Made by a program: the position numbers and the translations under genes. A stretch of 64,000 nt of DNA, from positions 4,257-68,256 of the forward strand of contig CABUZJ010000004.1 in assembly GCA_902496015.1 (NCBI GenBank), given 5' to 3'. Source of the stretch: an uncultured Eubacteriales bacterium. GTDB lineage: Bacteria > Bacillota > Clostridia > Christensenellales > UBA1242. Shown here piece after piece: positions 8,428 through 17,465 of the stretch. Position 1 is the first letter of the stretch; every line of letters starts with the position of its first letter. The notes beneath the pieces are model-generated. The model was not told the origin of the DNA. It worked only from the letters and a program-made list of their open reading frames with translations, and ran no database searches.

Positions 8428-9450
8428 ATGGCCACAAAATTAATGGATAATGCTAAAAGGAATAAAGCAGATGAATTTTACACTCAACTTAATGATATTG
8501 AATTAGAATTAAAACACTATAAAGATCAATTGAAAGATAAAGTAATATTTTGTAATTGTGATGATCCTTACGAAAGTAACTTTTTTAAATACTTTGCTAT
8601 GAATTTTAATCATTTAGGATTGAAAAAATTAATAGCAACTTGCTATGATGACTCTCCAATTGCTTATACACAATTTAATATTTGGGGAGAAAGCAAGACA
8701 ATACCAAATAAAAATAGACATCCTTATAAGATTGAAATAAATGAAGTTCAAGATTACAATCAAGATGGAGCAACAGATCTTGCTGATGTTGAATATCTTT
8801 TAAAAAACAAAAAGAACTATATGACTCTCTTAAAAGGTAATGGAGATTTTAGATCTGAAGAATGTATAGAATTATTAAAACAATCTGATATTGTTGTAAC
8901 AAATCCACCTTTTTCTTTGTTTAGAGAATATATTGAACAGCTAACAACTTTCAATAAAGATTACATTATTATGGGTAATACTAATGCTCTTACATATAAA
9001 GAAATTTTTAAACTATTTAAAGAAGATAAAATAAGAACGGGTTATACAAATTTTAATGTTGGAATGTATTTCGTTGTCCCAGATGATTGTGAGAAATTTC
9101 ATAAAATTGTTGATGGTAAAAAAATGGTTAGAGTTTCTACTTCTTGTTGGTTTACAAGTTTGCAAGTTTCAAAGCACAAAGAATTTATAACTCTATATAA
9201 AACTTATAATGAAAAAGAATATCCTAAATACGATAATTACAACGCAATAAATGTGAATAAATACAATGATATTCCCTATGATTATGATGGTTGTATGGGT
9301 GTTCCAATAACATTTTTAGATAAGTATAATCCTGAACAGTTTGAAATCGTTAAGTTTAGAAAAGGAAATGACGATAAAGATTTGTCAATAAACGGCCAAT
9401 ATCCATATTTTAGAGTCATAATTAAAAGGAGAAAAACGAATGAAAATTGA
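8428..9450 (+). CDS. N6-adenine DNA methyltransferase (EcoRI-methylase-like family)
   Basis: DIVVTNPPFSLF (NPPF motif IV) and an N-terminal DEFYT motif. Start moved to MATKL (ATG 8428) behind AAGGAG. Confidence 0.8.
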   Translation: MATKLMDNAKRNKADEFYTQLNDIELELKHYKDQLKDKVIFCNCDDPYESNFFKYFAMNFNHLGLKKLIATCYDDSPIAYTQFNIWGESKTIPNKNRHPYKIEINEVQDYNQDGATDLADVEYLLKNKKNYMTLLKGNGDFRSEECIELLKQSDIVVTNPPFSLFREYIEQLTTFNKDYIIMGNTNALTYKEIFKLFKEDKIRTGYTNFNVGMYFVVPDDCEKFHKIVDGKKMVRVSTSCWFTSLQVSKHKEFITLYKTYNEKEYPKYDNYNAINVNKYNDIPYDYDGCMGVPITFLDKYNPEQFEIVKFRKGNDDKDLSINGQYPYFRVIIKRRKTNEN

Positions 9451-10522
9451 GTTGAATGAAATTTCTATAAGAGAAGTAGCGGAAAATTATGTTGATAATG
9501 CAGAAGATGGTGTTGTTGGATATAATGGCAAATTAAATATTAGACCAAAATATCAAAGAGAATTTGTTTATGATGAAAAACAAAGAAATGCAGTTATTGA
9601 TACAATAAGAAAAGGTTTCCCACTTAATGTTATGTATTGGGTTAAAAATGAAGATGGAACATATGAAGTCTTAGACGGACAACAAAGAACAGTTAGTTTT
9701 TGTCAATATATAAACGGAGATTTTTCCATAGATAATCGTGCTTTTCACAATTTAACAAAAACAGAACAAGATTTAATTTTAGATTATAAATTAATGATTT
9801 ATTTTTGCGAAGGCAACGACAAAGAGAAATTAGATTGGTTTAAGATTATAAACATTGCTGGAGAAAAATTGACTGACCAAGAGTTAAGAAATGCAGTCTA
9901 TACTGGCCCATGGTTAACAAATGCAAAATTGCATTTTAGCAAAACAAATTGTGCCGCTTATCTTCTAGCAAAGGATTATGTTAATGGTTCACCTATAAGA
10001 CAAGAATATTTAGAAACGGCACTTTCGTGGATAAATAATGGCAATGTGGAAGAATATATGTCAATTCATCAACACGATCCTAATGCTAATGAGTTATGGA
10101 CTTATTTCAGAAATGTTATTGAATGGGTTAAACTAACATTTACAAATTATAGAAAAGAGATGAAAGGCATAAATTGGGGTGCTCTATATAATCAATTTAA
10201 AAATAATACCTACGATACTGACATATTAGAACAAGAAATACAAACACTTATGATAGACGATGATGTTACAAACAAAAAAGGTATATATTTTTATGTTCTC
10301 ACTCGTAATGAAAAGTATCTTAATATCCGTGCATTTACAGAAAATCAAAAAAGAAGTGCTTACGAAAAACAAAATGGAATATGTAAAAATTGCGGAAAGC
10401 ACTTTGATATAAAGGAAATGGAAGCTGATCACATAACTCCTTGGCATGCTGGAGGTAAAACTTCGGTTGACAATTGTCAAATGTTATGTAAAGATTGTAA
10501 TAGAAGAAAATCTGGAAAATAA
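9440..10522 (+). CDS. DUF262 (ParB/GmrSD-N-like) domain fused to a C-terminal HNH nuclease
   Basis: RPKYQREFVY...LDGQQRTVSF is the DUF262 signature. C-terminal CKNCGKHFDIKEMEADHITPWHAGGKTSVDNCQMLCKDCNRRK is an HNH motif. 11-nt overlap with the MTase. Confidence 0.85.
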   Translation: MKIELNEISIREVAENYVDNAEDGVVGYNGKLNIRPKYQREFVYDEKQRNAVIDTIRKGFPLNVMYWVKNEDGTYEVLDGQQRTVSFCQYINGDFSIDNRAFHNLTKTEQDLILDYKLMIYFCEGNDKEKLDWFKIINIAGEKLTDQELRNAVYTGPWLTNAKLHFSKTNCAAYLLAKDYVNGSPIRQEYLETALSWINNGNVEEYMSIHQHDPNANELWTYFRNVIEWVKLTFTNYRKEMKGINWGALYNQFKNNTYDTDILEQEIQTLMIDDDVTNKKGIYFYVLTRNEKYLNIRAFTENQKRSAYEKQNGICKNCGKHFDIKEMEADHITPWHAGGKTSVDNCQMLCKDCNRRKSGK

Positions 10523-10533
10523 AAGGAACAAAA

Positions 10534-11187
10534 ATGAACGAAAAGAAAAAATTGTTAATGCATAGATTGATTTGGTTGAGTTTAACTATACTTATAATAT
10601 TGTTACCAATTATTATTAATGCTTTTCAACCAAAATTAGAATTGATAGATAGTGAATGTTATGTAGACTATTATGAATCAATAGATACAACCAGTTGTGA
10701 TATTACATTATATTTTAATCGAGAAGTTAATAGTGGATATGCTACAATTAATTTTTATGATTCTAATAACAATTTAATTGACAGCATAGAAGAATATTTT
10801 TTTAGTGATGGAAAGGAAGCTTCAAATTTATACACTTCTATTGATGGCAATGTTGATTCTTACGAAATAGTAGCATACGACTTTGAAACCTATAGTGGTA
10901 TATATGGAATATACGGATTACTTATAATAGCTATTCCTATGTTAATTTCTGCACTTTTACTTTCATATAAAGAATGTAATTACAATGGGAAAACAATATC
11001 TGTTTATGCAGGATTTTATCATCATACTCTAAGAGTTGATGGAGAATTATGTGATGAACATAACACTCTTATATCTTTTACTTCAATAAAATTAAGTACA
11101 ACTGATAAAGATAATAGCAAAATTGAAGCTAATATTAGTTTAACCAATCGAATTGCTATCAAAGTTAACGATAAATTATGTAAATAA
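10534..11187 (+). CDS. Hypothetical two-TM membrane protein, third gene of the MTase/DUF262-HNH cassette
   Basis: Hydrophobic helices at ~aa 12-30 and ~117-135, an 11-nt gap after the HNH gene, AAAGGAA RBS, and a terminator immediately downstream. Confidence 0.6.
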   Translation: MNEKKKLLMHRLIWLSLTILIILLPIIINAFQPKLELIDSECYVDYYESIDTTSCDITLYFNREVNSGYATINFYDSNNNLIDSIEEYFFSDGKEASNLYTSIDGNVDSYEIVAYDFETYSGIYGIYGLLIIAIPMLISALLLSYKECNYNGKTISVYAGFYHHTLRVDGELCDEHNTLISFTSIKLSTTDKDNSKIEANISLTNRIAIKVNDKLCK

Positions 11188-11191
11188 AAAA

Positions 11192-11226
11192 AGACCATCT
11201 AATTTTATAATAGATGGTCTTTTTTC
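11192..11226 (+). terminator. Rho-independent terminator AGACCATCTA..TAGATGGTCT + T5
   Basis: Read directly. Confidence 0.8.
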
Positions 11227-11412
11227 TTCCCTTTTTAGTCTTTTTTATTAAATTTTAATGCCAAAACTATTTTAGTTTAGCCTTTATAATTATATTGATT
11301 GATAGTTTTAAATAGTATTTTTATAACCCTTTGCCACTTAATATAAAAATAGAAGTTAGTTATAATAAGTGGAAATACCATCTATTTTATTCCCTTTGTA
11401 TAGGGGAGTAAA

Positions 11413-11865
11413 ATGAACATATACAGAAATAAAATTGTTGCGTTTGCCGGTCATAGATATGAATGGCAATCAATAGGGATAGAAGAAAAACTTTTGCGAG
11501 TGTTAGAAGATTTAATCAATAAAGGTTATACAATATTTTATGACGGCAATTATGGTGCTTTTGACAATAAGTGCAGAAATGCAGTTTTGAAACTTAAAAA
11601 TAAATATCCACATATAAAACTTGTTTTAATTTTAACATATTATCATCACAACAAAGAAAAATATCCAATACCATCATATTACGATGAAACCATTTTACCA
11701 GAACTAGAAAATTTGCACTATAAACAAAAAATTACAAAACGAAACGAATGGATAATCGACAACTGTAACTTACTTGTCTGTCACGTCCAAGAAATTTACA
11801 AAAGTGGTGCTTATAACACTTTTAAATACGCCCAAAAGCAAAACAAACCAATTATTTATATTTAA
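11413..11865 (+). CDS. SLOG-superfamily protein (DUF1273 / YpsA-like)
   Basis: KIVAFAGHRYE...FYDGNYGAFD...KLVLILTYYHH...KRNEWIIDNCNLLVCHV...SGAYNTFKYAQKQNKPIIYI follows the DUF1273 layout. Confidence 0.7.
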   Translation: MNIYRNKIVAFAGHRYEWQSIGIEEKLLRVLEDLINKGYTIFYDGNYGAFDNKCRNAVLKLKNKYPHIKLVLILTYYHHNKEKYPIPSYYDETILPELENLHYKQKITKRNEWIIDNCNLLVCHVQEIYKSGAYNTFKYAQKQNKPIIYI

Positions 11866-11885
11866 TAAAAAATAAAGACCAGTTA

Positions 11886-13553
11886 TTAGTCTTCTTTTAT
11901 AGATTGATCTAGTCTCTTATATAAATGAGATAATAAACTTAATAAATCAAGGCAATCTTTTTCAGTAAACAATCCTGATTCTTTTAAATCAACATGTTCT
12001 TCGTGACTAATAATATTCCTTCCACCTTGGACAATACCTCTTGAAAGTGCTAATTGCCCCTCTTCAATATTGTTTAGTGTTGTTTCTGAGAAAGGTTGCC
12101 CATTAGGCCTTAGCTTAAAATTTGCTGTAGTTTTTAAAGGTTTATTATCTTTGCCAAACGATTTAGACATAATATCTAAATCTTCTGTTGCTGAAACTCC
12201 TGACTTTGCTTGTACTGCATTTTTATATCTTTTTAATGCTTCTTGAAATGCTGAGTAAAAATCTTTTTGTTGATAATGAATCTTTGAAGCATCTTGAACT
12301 TGATTATGTAATAATCTATAGTGGAAATAAGTATATGGTGGTATTAAGTCATAAACTTGATGTACGACAATTGAAAAATCTTCATCATCAATTTCTGGTT
12401 TTTCTGATATTTTGCTTATAATACTAGATAATCTAGGGCGAATATCATCGGGTACTGTAGCATACCATTTAGAAATATTTATCCCTGTTTTTTCAGTATT
12501 TGATTTTTCTTTTGCTTCTTTACGTTTTGCACTCCAATCACGGACTAAAAATCTAATCATCTTTTGCAAAAATTCTTGTAATTCTTGAGCTTCTGGCATA
12601 TCCCAGCTTAAAGATTGTCTATCCGTTGAAATTAAATCCTTATCAAATTCATCAAGATAATCAGCATCAATCCATCCAGTTAAATAAGAAAAGGTGTGCC
12701 CTGCCTCAGAAACACCAAAGAAACTAGGGACATTTGCTAATCGGCCATTTACATAAAGGGTAACACCTCTTAAGTCAGGCTTTATAGGCTTTTTAGATGA
12801 AATAATTTTTCCCTTTAATGTGTTTTTAAAAGAATATTCACATTCAATTGTTTCACATAAATCTACAACACTCCATTCAAACTCCTTATCAATACTTTCG
12901 TACTTTAATTCTCTTGTAAGTTCCAAAACCTCATCATCGTTTCTACTCATTACAACTTTGAATGTTTCATCAAAACAATTAAAAAGTTTTGATAACGATA
13001 TTGCTGTTGATGTTAAATCAAATTCACTAACCCTTGATAAGTGTGTTAGTTCAATTGTTGTTCCTTTCAGAGATAAATCTTCCTTACTAAGAATAGTACA
13101 TATTGGAAAATATTTGCCAGAAGTTTCTTGCAAAATACAATCCCAATCTAAAGAAAACTTTGTAAATGTGTCTTCATTTTCTTTAGTGGTTGTTATGGTT
13201 ATTGTTTTTCCAATTCCAAACAACGCTAATTTCCCAATACCTTTCTTACCTGTTATTTTTCGTCCCTTGGAATTATTTCTACTTTCATCTTCATCCCTAC
13301 GTCGTCTACCTATAACCAAAAAGTTATCTCTTACTTCCTCAAAAGACATCCCACATCCATTATCTGAAACAATTATTTTTTTATTATTTATATCTTTATC
13401 ATAAAGTTTTATTTCAACATGTTCTGCACCTGCATCATAGGCATTTGCGACTAATTCAGCTAATGCATATGGCAACTGAGAATACATTTTAATACCTAAA
13501 TGTTCAATTGTATGAGGATCAAATTTTAATTCAAGTTTATCATTAGTATCCAT
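11886..13553 (-). CDS. GHKL (HATPase_c_3 / paraMORC-like) ATPase with a C-terminal TIGR02391 (Abi_C-like) domain
   Basis: ELVANAYDAGA (N box), SDNGCGMS (G1), GKKGIGKLALFG (G2). C-terminal ...FQEALKRYKNAV...LSRGIVQGGRNIISHEEH...LLSLLSHLYKRLD. Confidence 0.75.
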   Translation of the reverse strand: MDTNDKLELKFDPHTIEHLGIKMYSQLPYALAELVANAYDAGAEHVEIKLYDKDINNKKIIVSDNGCGMSFEEVRDNFLVIGRRRRDEDESRNNSKGRKITGKKGIGKLALFGIGKTITITTTKENEDTFTKFSLDWDCILQETSGKYFPICTILSKEDLSLKGTTIELTHLSRVSEFDLTSTAISLSKLFNCFDETFKVVMSRNDDEVLELTRELKYESIDKEFEWSVVDLCETIECEYSFKNTLKGKIISSKKPIKPDLRGVTLYVNGRLANVPSFFGVSEAGHTFSYLTGWIDADYLDEFDKDLISTDRQSLSWDMPEAQELQEFLQKMIRFLVRDWSAKRKEAKEKSNTEKTGINISKWYATVPDDIRPRLSSIISKISEKPEIDDEDFSIVVHQVYDLIPPYTYFHYRLLHNQVQDASKIHYQQKDFYSAFQEALKRYKNAVQAKSGVSATEDLDIMSKSFGKDNKPLKTTANFKLRPNGQPFSETTLNNIEEGQLALSRGIVQGGRNIISHEEHVDLKESGLFTEKDCLDLLSLLSHLYKRLDQSIKED

Positions 13554-13563
13554 GTTATACTCC

Positions 13564-14613
13564 TTAGATTTTATAATATTTTAAAATACTTCTTCCTATT
13601 ATTTCTCCCAATTTAACCGGAACTGCATTGCCAATTTCTCTTGCTACATCTTTTAATGAAAAGTCTTTACCTGGCTCTGTAAACTGATAATTTTGTGGAA
13701 AAGTTTGTATTAATGCTCCTTCTCGAAGAGTTAGTGCTCTATTTTGTTCGGGATGTCCATATCTGCCTGTACCATAACAATAAAATTGTGTCGTCATTGT
13801 TGGAGATATTTTATCCCATTCCATTCTTCCATACACAGAAGTATAAGTTTGACCGCTATCTTTTTGATGACATTTACATCTTAATTCTTTAGGCCAATCT
13901 TTCCAAGTCCCACCGGGTTTTGATAATTTTATTCTTTCTAAATTAATATCTGATAACTTTGCTGTTTGGTGAAGAATGTCTGTTGGACAAATTTCCCCAC
14001 TTTCAACAGCTGGTAAGTGACCAATTGTTTGTCTTACAGTAACGTAACTATCTTTTGAATGAGTTTTATCCAATAATTTAATCTCACCTTTTTTAGAAGC
14101 TAATAGTAAAAATCGTCTTCTATTTTGTGGTATTCCATAATCTGGGCAATAAACAACTTTGTAATCTACATTATATCCAGATTCTTCAAGAATTGCTAAA
14201 AATTCTTTGAATACATATGTATCACGAATTTTAGGTACATTCTCCATAGAAACTATGTCAGGTTTTACACTTTTAACCAAACGGCCAAATTCTAACAGCA
14301 AATCATATCTTTTATCATTTTCTCGTTTTTTATTTTCATCACTTTGATATTTAAAACTCATTTGCGAAAATGGTTGACAAGGTGCACATCCTGCCAAAAC
14401 CTTTATTGCATTGGGGGAGTAACATTTATTTATATCTTCAGCTGAAACATTTCTAATGTCTTTTTCAATAAATTTTGCGTTGTTATTAAATTCATAAGGA
14501 TATTTACAAGTTTTATCTATATCAAAACCAGCTTTTACTTTAAGCCCACTTTGTATTAATCCGCAGGTTAACCCTCCGACCCCACAGAACAAATCTACTA
14601 CTTCTATTTTCAT
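13564..14613 (-). CDS. dcm: DNA (cytosine-5) methyltransferase
   Basis: DLFCGVGG (I), APCQPFS (IV), ENVP (VI), QNRRR (VIII), GNAVP (X). Confidence 0.9.
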   Translation of the reverse strand: MKIEVVDLFCGVGGLTCGLIQSGLKVKAGFDIDKTCKYPYEFNNNAKFIEKDIRNVSAEDINKCYSPNAIKVLAGCAPCQPFSQMSFKYQSDENKKRENDKRYDLLLEFGRLVKSVKPDIVSMENVPKIRDTYVFKEFLAILEESGYNVDYKVVYCPDYGIPQNRRRFLLLASKKGEIKLLDKTHSKDSYVTVRQTIGHLPAVESGEICPTDILHQTAKLSDINLERIKLSKPGGTWKDWPKELRCKCHQKDSGQTYTSVYGRMEWDKISPTMTTQFYCYGTGRYGHPEQNRALTLREGALIQTFPQNYQFTEPGKDFSLKDVAREIGNAVPVKLGEIIGRSILKYYKI

Positions 14614-14717
14614 AAATTTTCTCCATTTTCATTATAACATATTTTATGTATTATTTTTATTTTTTTAATAATTTTATTAAATTTTTAATAATTTTAATCC
14701 TGATTAATAAACATTTA

Positions 14718-15818
14718 CTAACTTATTACCTGTAATATTTTATTAATTATTGAATTGCAAAGGGTAATTGATAGTTTTAATTGTTTTCCGATGTTTAGCA
14801 AGTCTTCTTTTGTTGGGTTGGCATTTCCGTTGACGGTCATTTCGTGTTCTAACTTGCTTGGTGTTTTTGTTAAGTCGTATGCTGGGGACAAAACATAGCC
14901 TTTTTTATCTTCATCATATAAGAAAGAAAAGTTCTTGCCGTGATCGTCTTTGTTGCCATACAAAACATTAAAACACATTCTTTTATACGCCTCTATAATA
15001 TCGTTTTTATCTACACAAATATTTTGTATTACTTGAAACAAGTGCATATAATCTAAATTTGGTATTCTATGGGTTGTTTCAAGTAGAGATGATAAAGATA
15101 TCATATGAACTCGTTTGCCGTCCTTTCTATCAAATCTTTTAGCTCCAAAATAACCTGAACATATTTTAGATTTAAACAACTTAAATTCATTAACATTTAT
15201 ACCACATTCTTCTGCTAGTGTATTTGCTTTGTATTCTTGTTCTCCAATATTTTTAGGGTCAATAATGCAAGGGAATTTAACAATCCAATAGTCTTTATCT
15301 ATCTTTATATGTGCTTTTGGTCTAGCACCACCAGAACTTCCACCAAGGTTGTAGATTTTATCTAAATCAATATCTATAATTTCATCTTCTAGTACCTGTT
15401 GTGCTTCTTTTGCGATTTCATCTAAATCAAATTCTATTTCACTTTCTTCTTGTGTCTGGCAAGGTTCATATGAAAGTCCACCAAGACCATTTCCACTAAC
15501 AAGGGTTAGTTTTGTAAGTGGAGATATTTTATTAGGATTTATTCCTTTTTTAGATAACATTCTATTTAATAATAGTTCACCCCAACCATCTGGCAAACTA
15601 TCTTGAAAAACACCATACAATCCATTAAAAGTTAGTTTTTCATTTATATATACTTTATTTGAAAGTGGCAAAGAAAATGGAGAAATGGAAAATCCTGTTT
15701 TAATCCATTCCTCGTCATACTGAAAACCTATTTTATTATCTTCAAGTTCTGCTAAATAACCAACGATTGTGCTATTATATTTTACTACTAGTTTCTTAAC
15801 ATTTTGAATTTTCATCAT
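14718..15818 (-). CDS. hipA: HipA-family serine/threonine kinase toxin
   Basis: GGSSGGARPKA and DDHGKNFSF catalytic motifs. ATGA overlap with the upstream HTH gene. Confidence 0.85.
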   Translation of the reverse strand: MMKIQNVKKLVVKYNSTIVGYLAELEDNKIGFQYDEEWIKTGFSISPFSLPLSNKVYINEKLTFNGLYGVFQDSLPDGWGELLLNRMLSKKGINPNKISPLTKLTLVSGNGLGGLSYEPCQTQEESEIEFDLDEIAKEAQQVLEDEIIDIDLDKIYNLGGSSGGARPKAHIKIDKDYWIVKFPCIIDPKNIGEQEYKANTLAEECGINVNEFKLFKSKICSGYFGAKRFDRKDGKRVHMISLSSLLETTHRIPNLDYMHLFQVIQNICVDKNDIIEAYKRMCFNVLYGNKDDHGKNFSFLYDEDKKGYVLSPAYDLTKTPSKLEHEMTVNGNANPTKEDLLNIGKQLKLSITLCNSIINKILQVIS

Positions 15819-16108
15819 AGCTCCTTCAAGGATGAAATTTTAGCATTCTTAAACAAAGCGTCAAAATCATTTAAACAATCAATGGCATTTGCTAGTTTAA
15901 TTAAAGAAGTTAAAGATATTTCACCATTACTTTCAAATCTTCTAATGCTTGCATAAGAAACACCAGACTTAACTGATAAGTCCTTTTGGGAAAGTTTTAA
16001 TTCTTTTCTTCTCTTTTTAAATCTTTCAACTAAATCATTTGTCGTTTTACTTTCTGTTGGAACAGAAACAAAATCATTAATATCATACATCTCTTTCATA
16101 ATGCTCAT
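15815..16108 (-). CDS. hipB: Xre-family HTH antitoxin (HipB-like)
   Basis: RRKELKLSQKDLSVKSGVSYASIRRFESNGEISL is an HTH_3 pattern, translationally coupled to hipA. Confidence 0.8.
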   Translation of the reverse strand: MSIMKEMYDINDFVSVPTESKTTNDLVERFKKRRKELKLSQKDLSVKSGVSYASIRRFESNGEISLTSLIKLANAIDCLNDFDALFKNAKISSLKEL

Positions 16109-16183
16109 ATTTTAGCAATTTTAAACTCATTTGTCAACCAATTGCTCAAATATTATTAATTTTATATTGTTTATAATAATCAA

Positions 16184-16213
16184 ATAAAAAAGACAGGATT
16201 TTAATTCCTGTCT
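16184..16213 (-). terminator. Terminator AGACAGGA..TCCTGTCT + T-run after the 16233-17039 gene
   Basis: Read directly. Confidence 0.65.
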
Positions 16214-16232
16214 CAATTCTTATAGACTATAT

Positions 16233-17039
16233 TTAAATATGATATCCCATAGATCCCAAGTTAAATAGCACAAAATATAATATAGCAGTCGGTAAATCTA
16301 CATTCTCTTTTCCCATAATCAAAGATACTAAACGTTCTTTTGATTTACTTAATTTAAACTCAACCTTTGGATTGCTTAATTTTTCTTTTCCCCTATATGG
16401 ATCATCATGCCCCCAAATTGATAATGCAATCTCTCCCCAACCAGTTTCTATAATTCTTAAGCAATTTTTTTGAGTAATGCATGACAATATTGCTTTCTCA
16501 GGAGTAAGATTTTTCTCTTTCATAACTTTCATTATCATATCTTGCGAGTTATCATCGTTTGTAAAATCAATAACTATTTTAGGTGAAATAACTCTTTTAT
16601 TGCTATTTCCTTCATTTAAAAATACTCTTTTAAATATTTCTAATTTTTCTTCATCATTAAAATCTCTAAGATTTTCTTCTTCGTATGATTTCCAATCTGT
16701 AACAATCATACTTTCAACCATGTTTGTAAAAAAGCCCTGTTCTTCTTGATATTTTTCTCTATTGGTAAGTAACAATTTACCAATTTCTAAAGCGGGTTCA
16801 CTCGCTTTAATTAAATCTGTCCATTTGTTAAACCCAGAAAGTTTAGCAATAATATGTTGAGCTTTCATTAAACCAAATTCCATATCATCTGTAATATGAA
16901 AATTAGACAAGATATCAAAAATGTCATTAAAAAAACGTGGTTTATAATCATAATACCCCTCGTCTTCATTAAAATATCTTGTTTTATAATCGTCAAACAA
17001 CTTTTTAGCTTGTTGTTTAAAAAAATTTATATTTGCCAT
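16233..17039 (-). CDS. Hypothetical 268-aa cytoplasmic protein (own transcription unit, last cargo gene of the island)
   Basis: Long ORF with a terminator. No domain recognised. The N-terminal FFKQQAKKLFDDYK...GLMKAQHIIAKLSGFNKWTDL motif recurs in many uncharacterised proteins (from memory). Confidence 0.55.
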   Translation of the reverse strand: MANINFFKQQAKKLFDDYKTRYFNEDEGYYDYKPRFFNDIFDILSNFHITDDMEFGLMKAQHIIAKLSGFNKWTDLIKASEPALEIGKLLLTNREKYQEEQGFFTNMVESMIVTDWKSYEEENLRDFNDEEKLEIFKRVFLNEGNSNKRVISPKIVIDFTNDDNSQDMIMKVMKEKNLTPEKAILSCITQKNCLRIIETGWGEIALSIWGHDDPYRGKEKLSNPKVEFKLSKSKERLVSLIMGKENVDLPTAILYFVLFNLGSMGYHI

Positions 17040-17277
17040 ATAATATACTCCTTAATTTTTAATTTAATTTATTGTCTATTATTTGTGCGTCCGTAAACTT
17101 TTTAGACAATAAATCTTAAAAATAAAGAATGTATTATCTATACATTGGCTGGACATTATCCTTTCCACGGACGGGTAGGCTTGCCAATAAGCACATTAAT
17201 ATAATAACTAATTGTAGTTAAAAAGTCAATAATTTTACTAACATCACTTGAATCAGATTAGAAAGTAAGTTCCTAAC

Positions 17278-17465
17278 TTACATAGTTTTAGGCAGTTTTA
17301 AATCACTTGATTTTATTAAAAATATAGTCGTAGGTGTATGTAGGTGCACAAGTTTTAAAAATTTTTGCACCTATTACAAAAAATACTAGCGTTTTTGCTA
17401 GTATTTATAAGGGGTTTATTAGCATAGAGCACAAGTTTTGATAAAAATATTTTTAAATTGGTAAG
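17278..17465 (+). repeat. Copy 2 of the ~188-bp repeat R, ending in TTGGTAAG
   Basis: See 495-682. Confidence 0.85.

Larger units (their letters stand above)
784..17465. mobile_element. ~16.7-kb integrative mobilizable element / defence island inserted in the anticodon loop of a tRNA-Thr gene
   Basis: TTGGTAAG occurs at both junctions (776-783 and 17458-17465), flanked by complementary tRNA halves. The interior carries a serine recombinase, tyrosine integrase, relaxase, RHH and sigma-like genes plus defence cargo. Confidence 0.6.
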
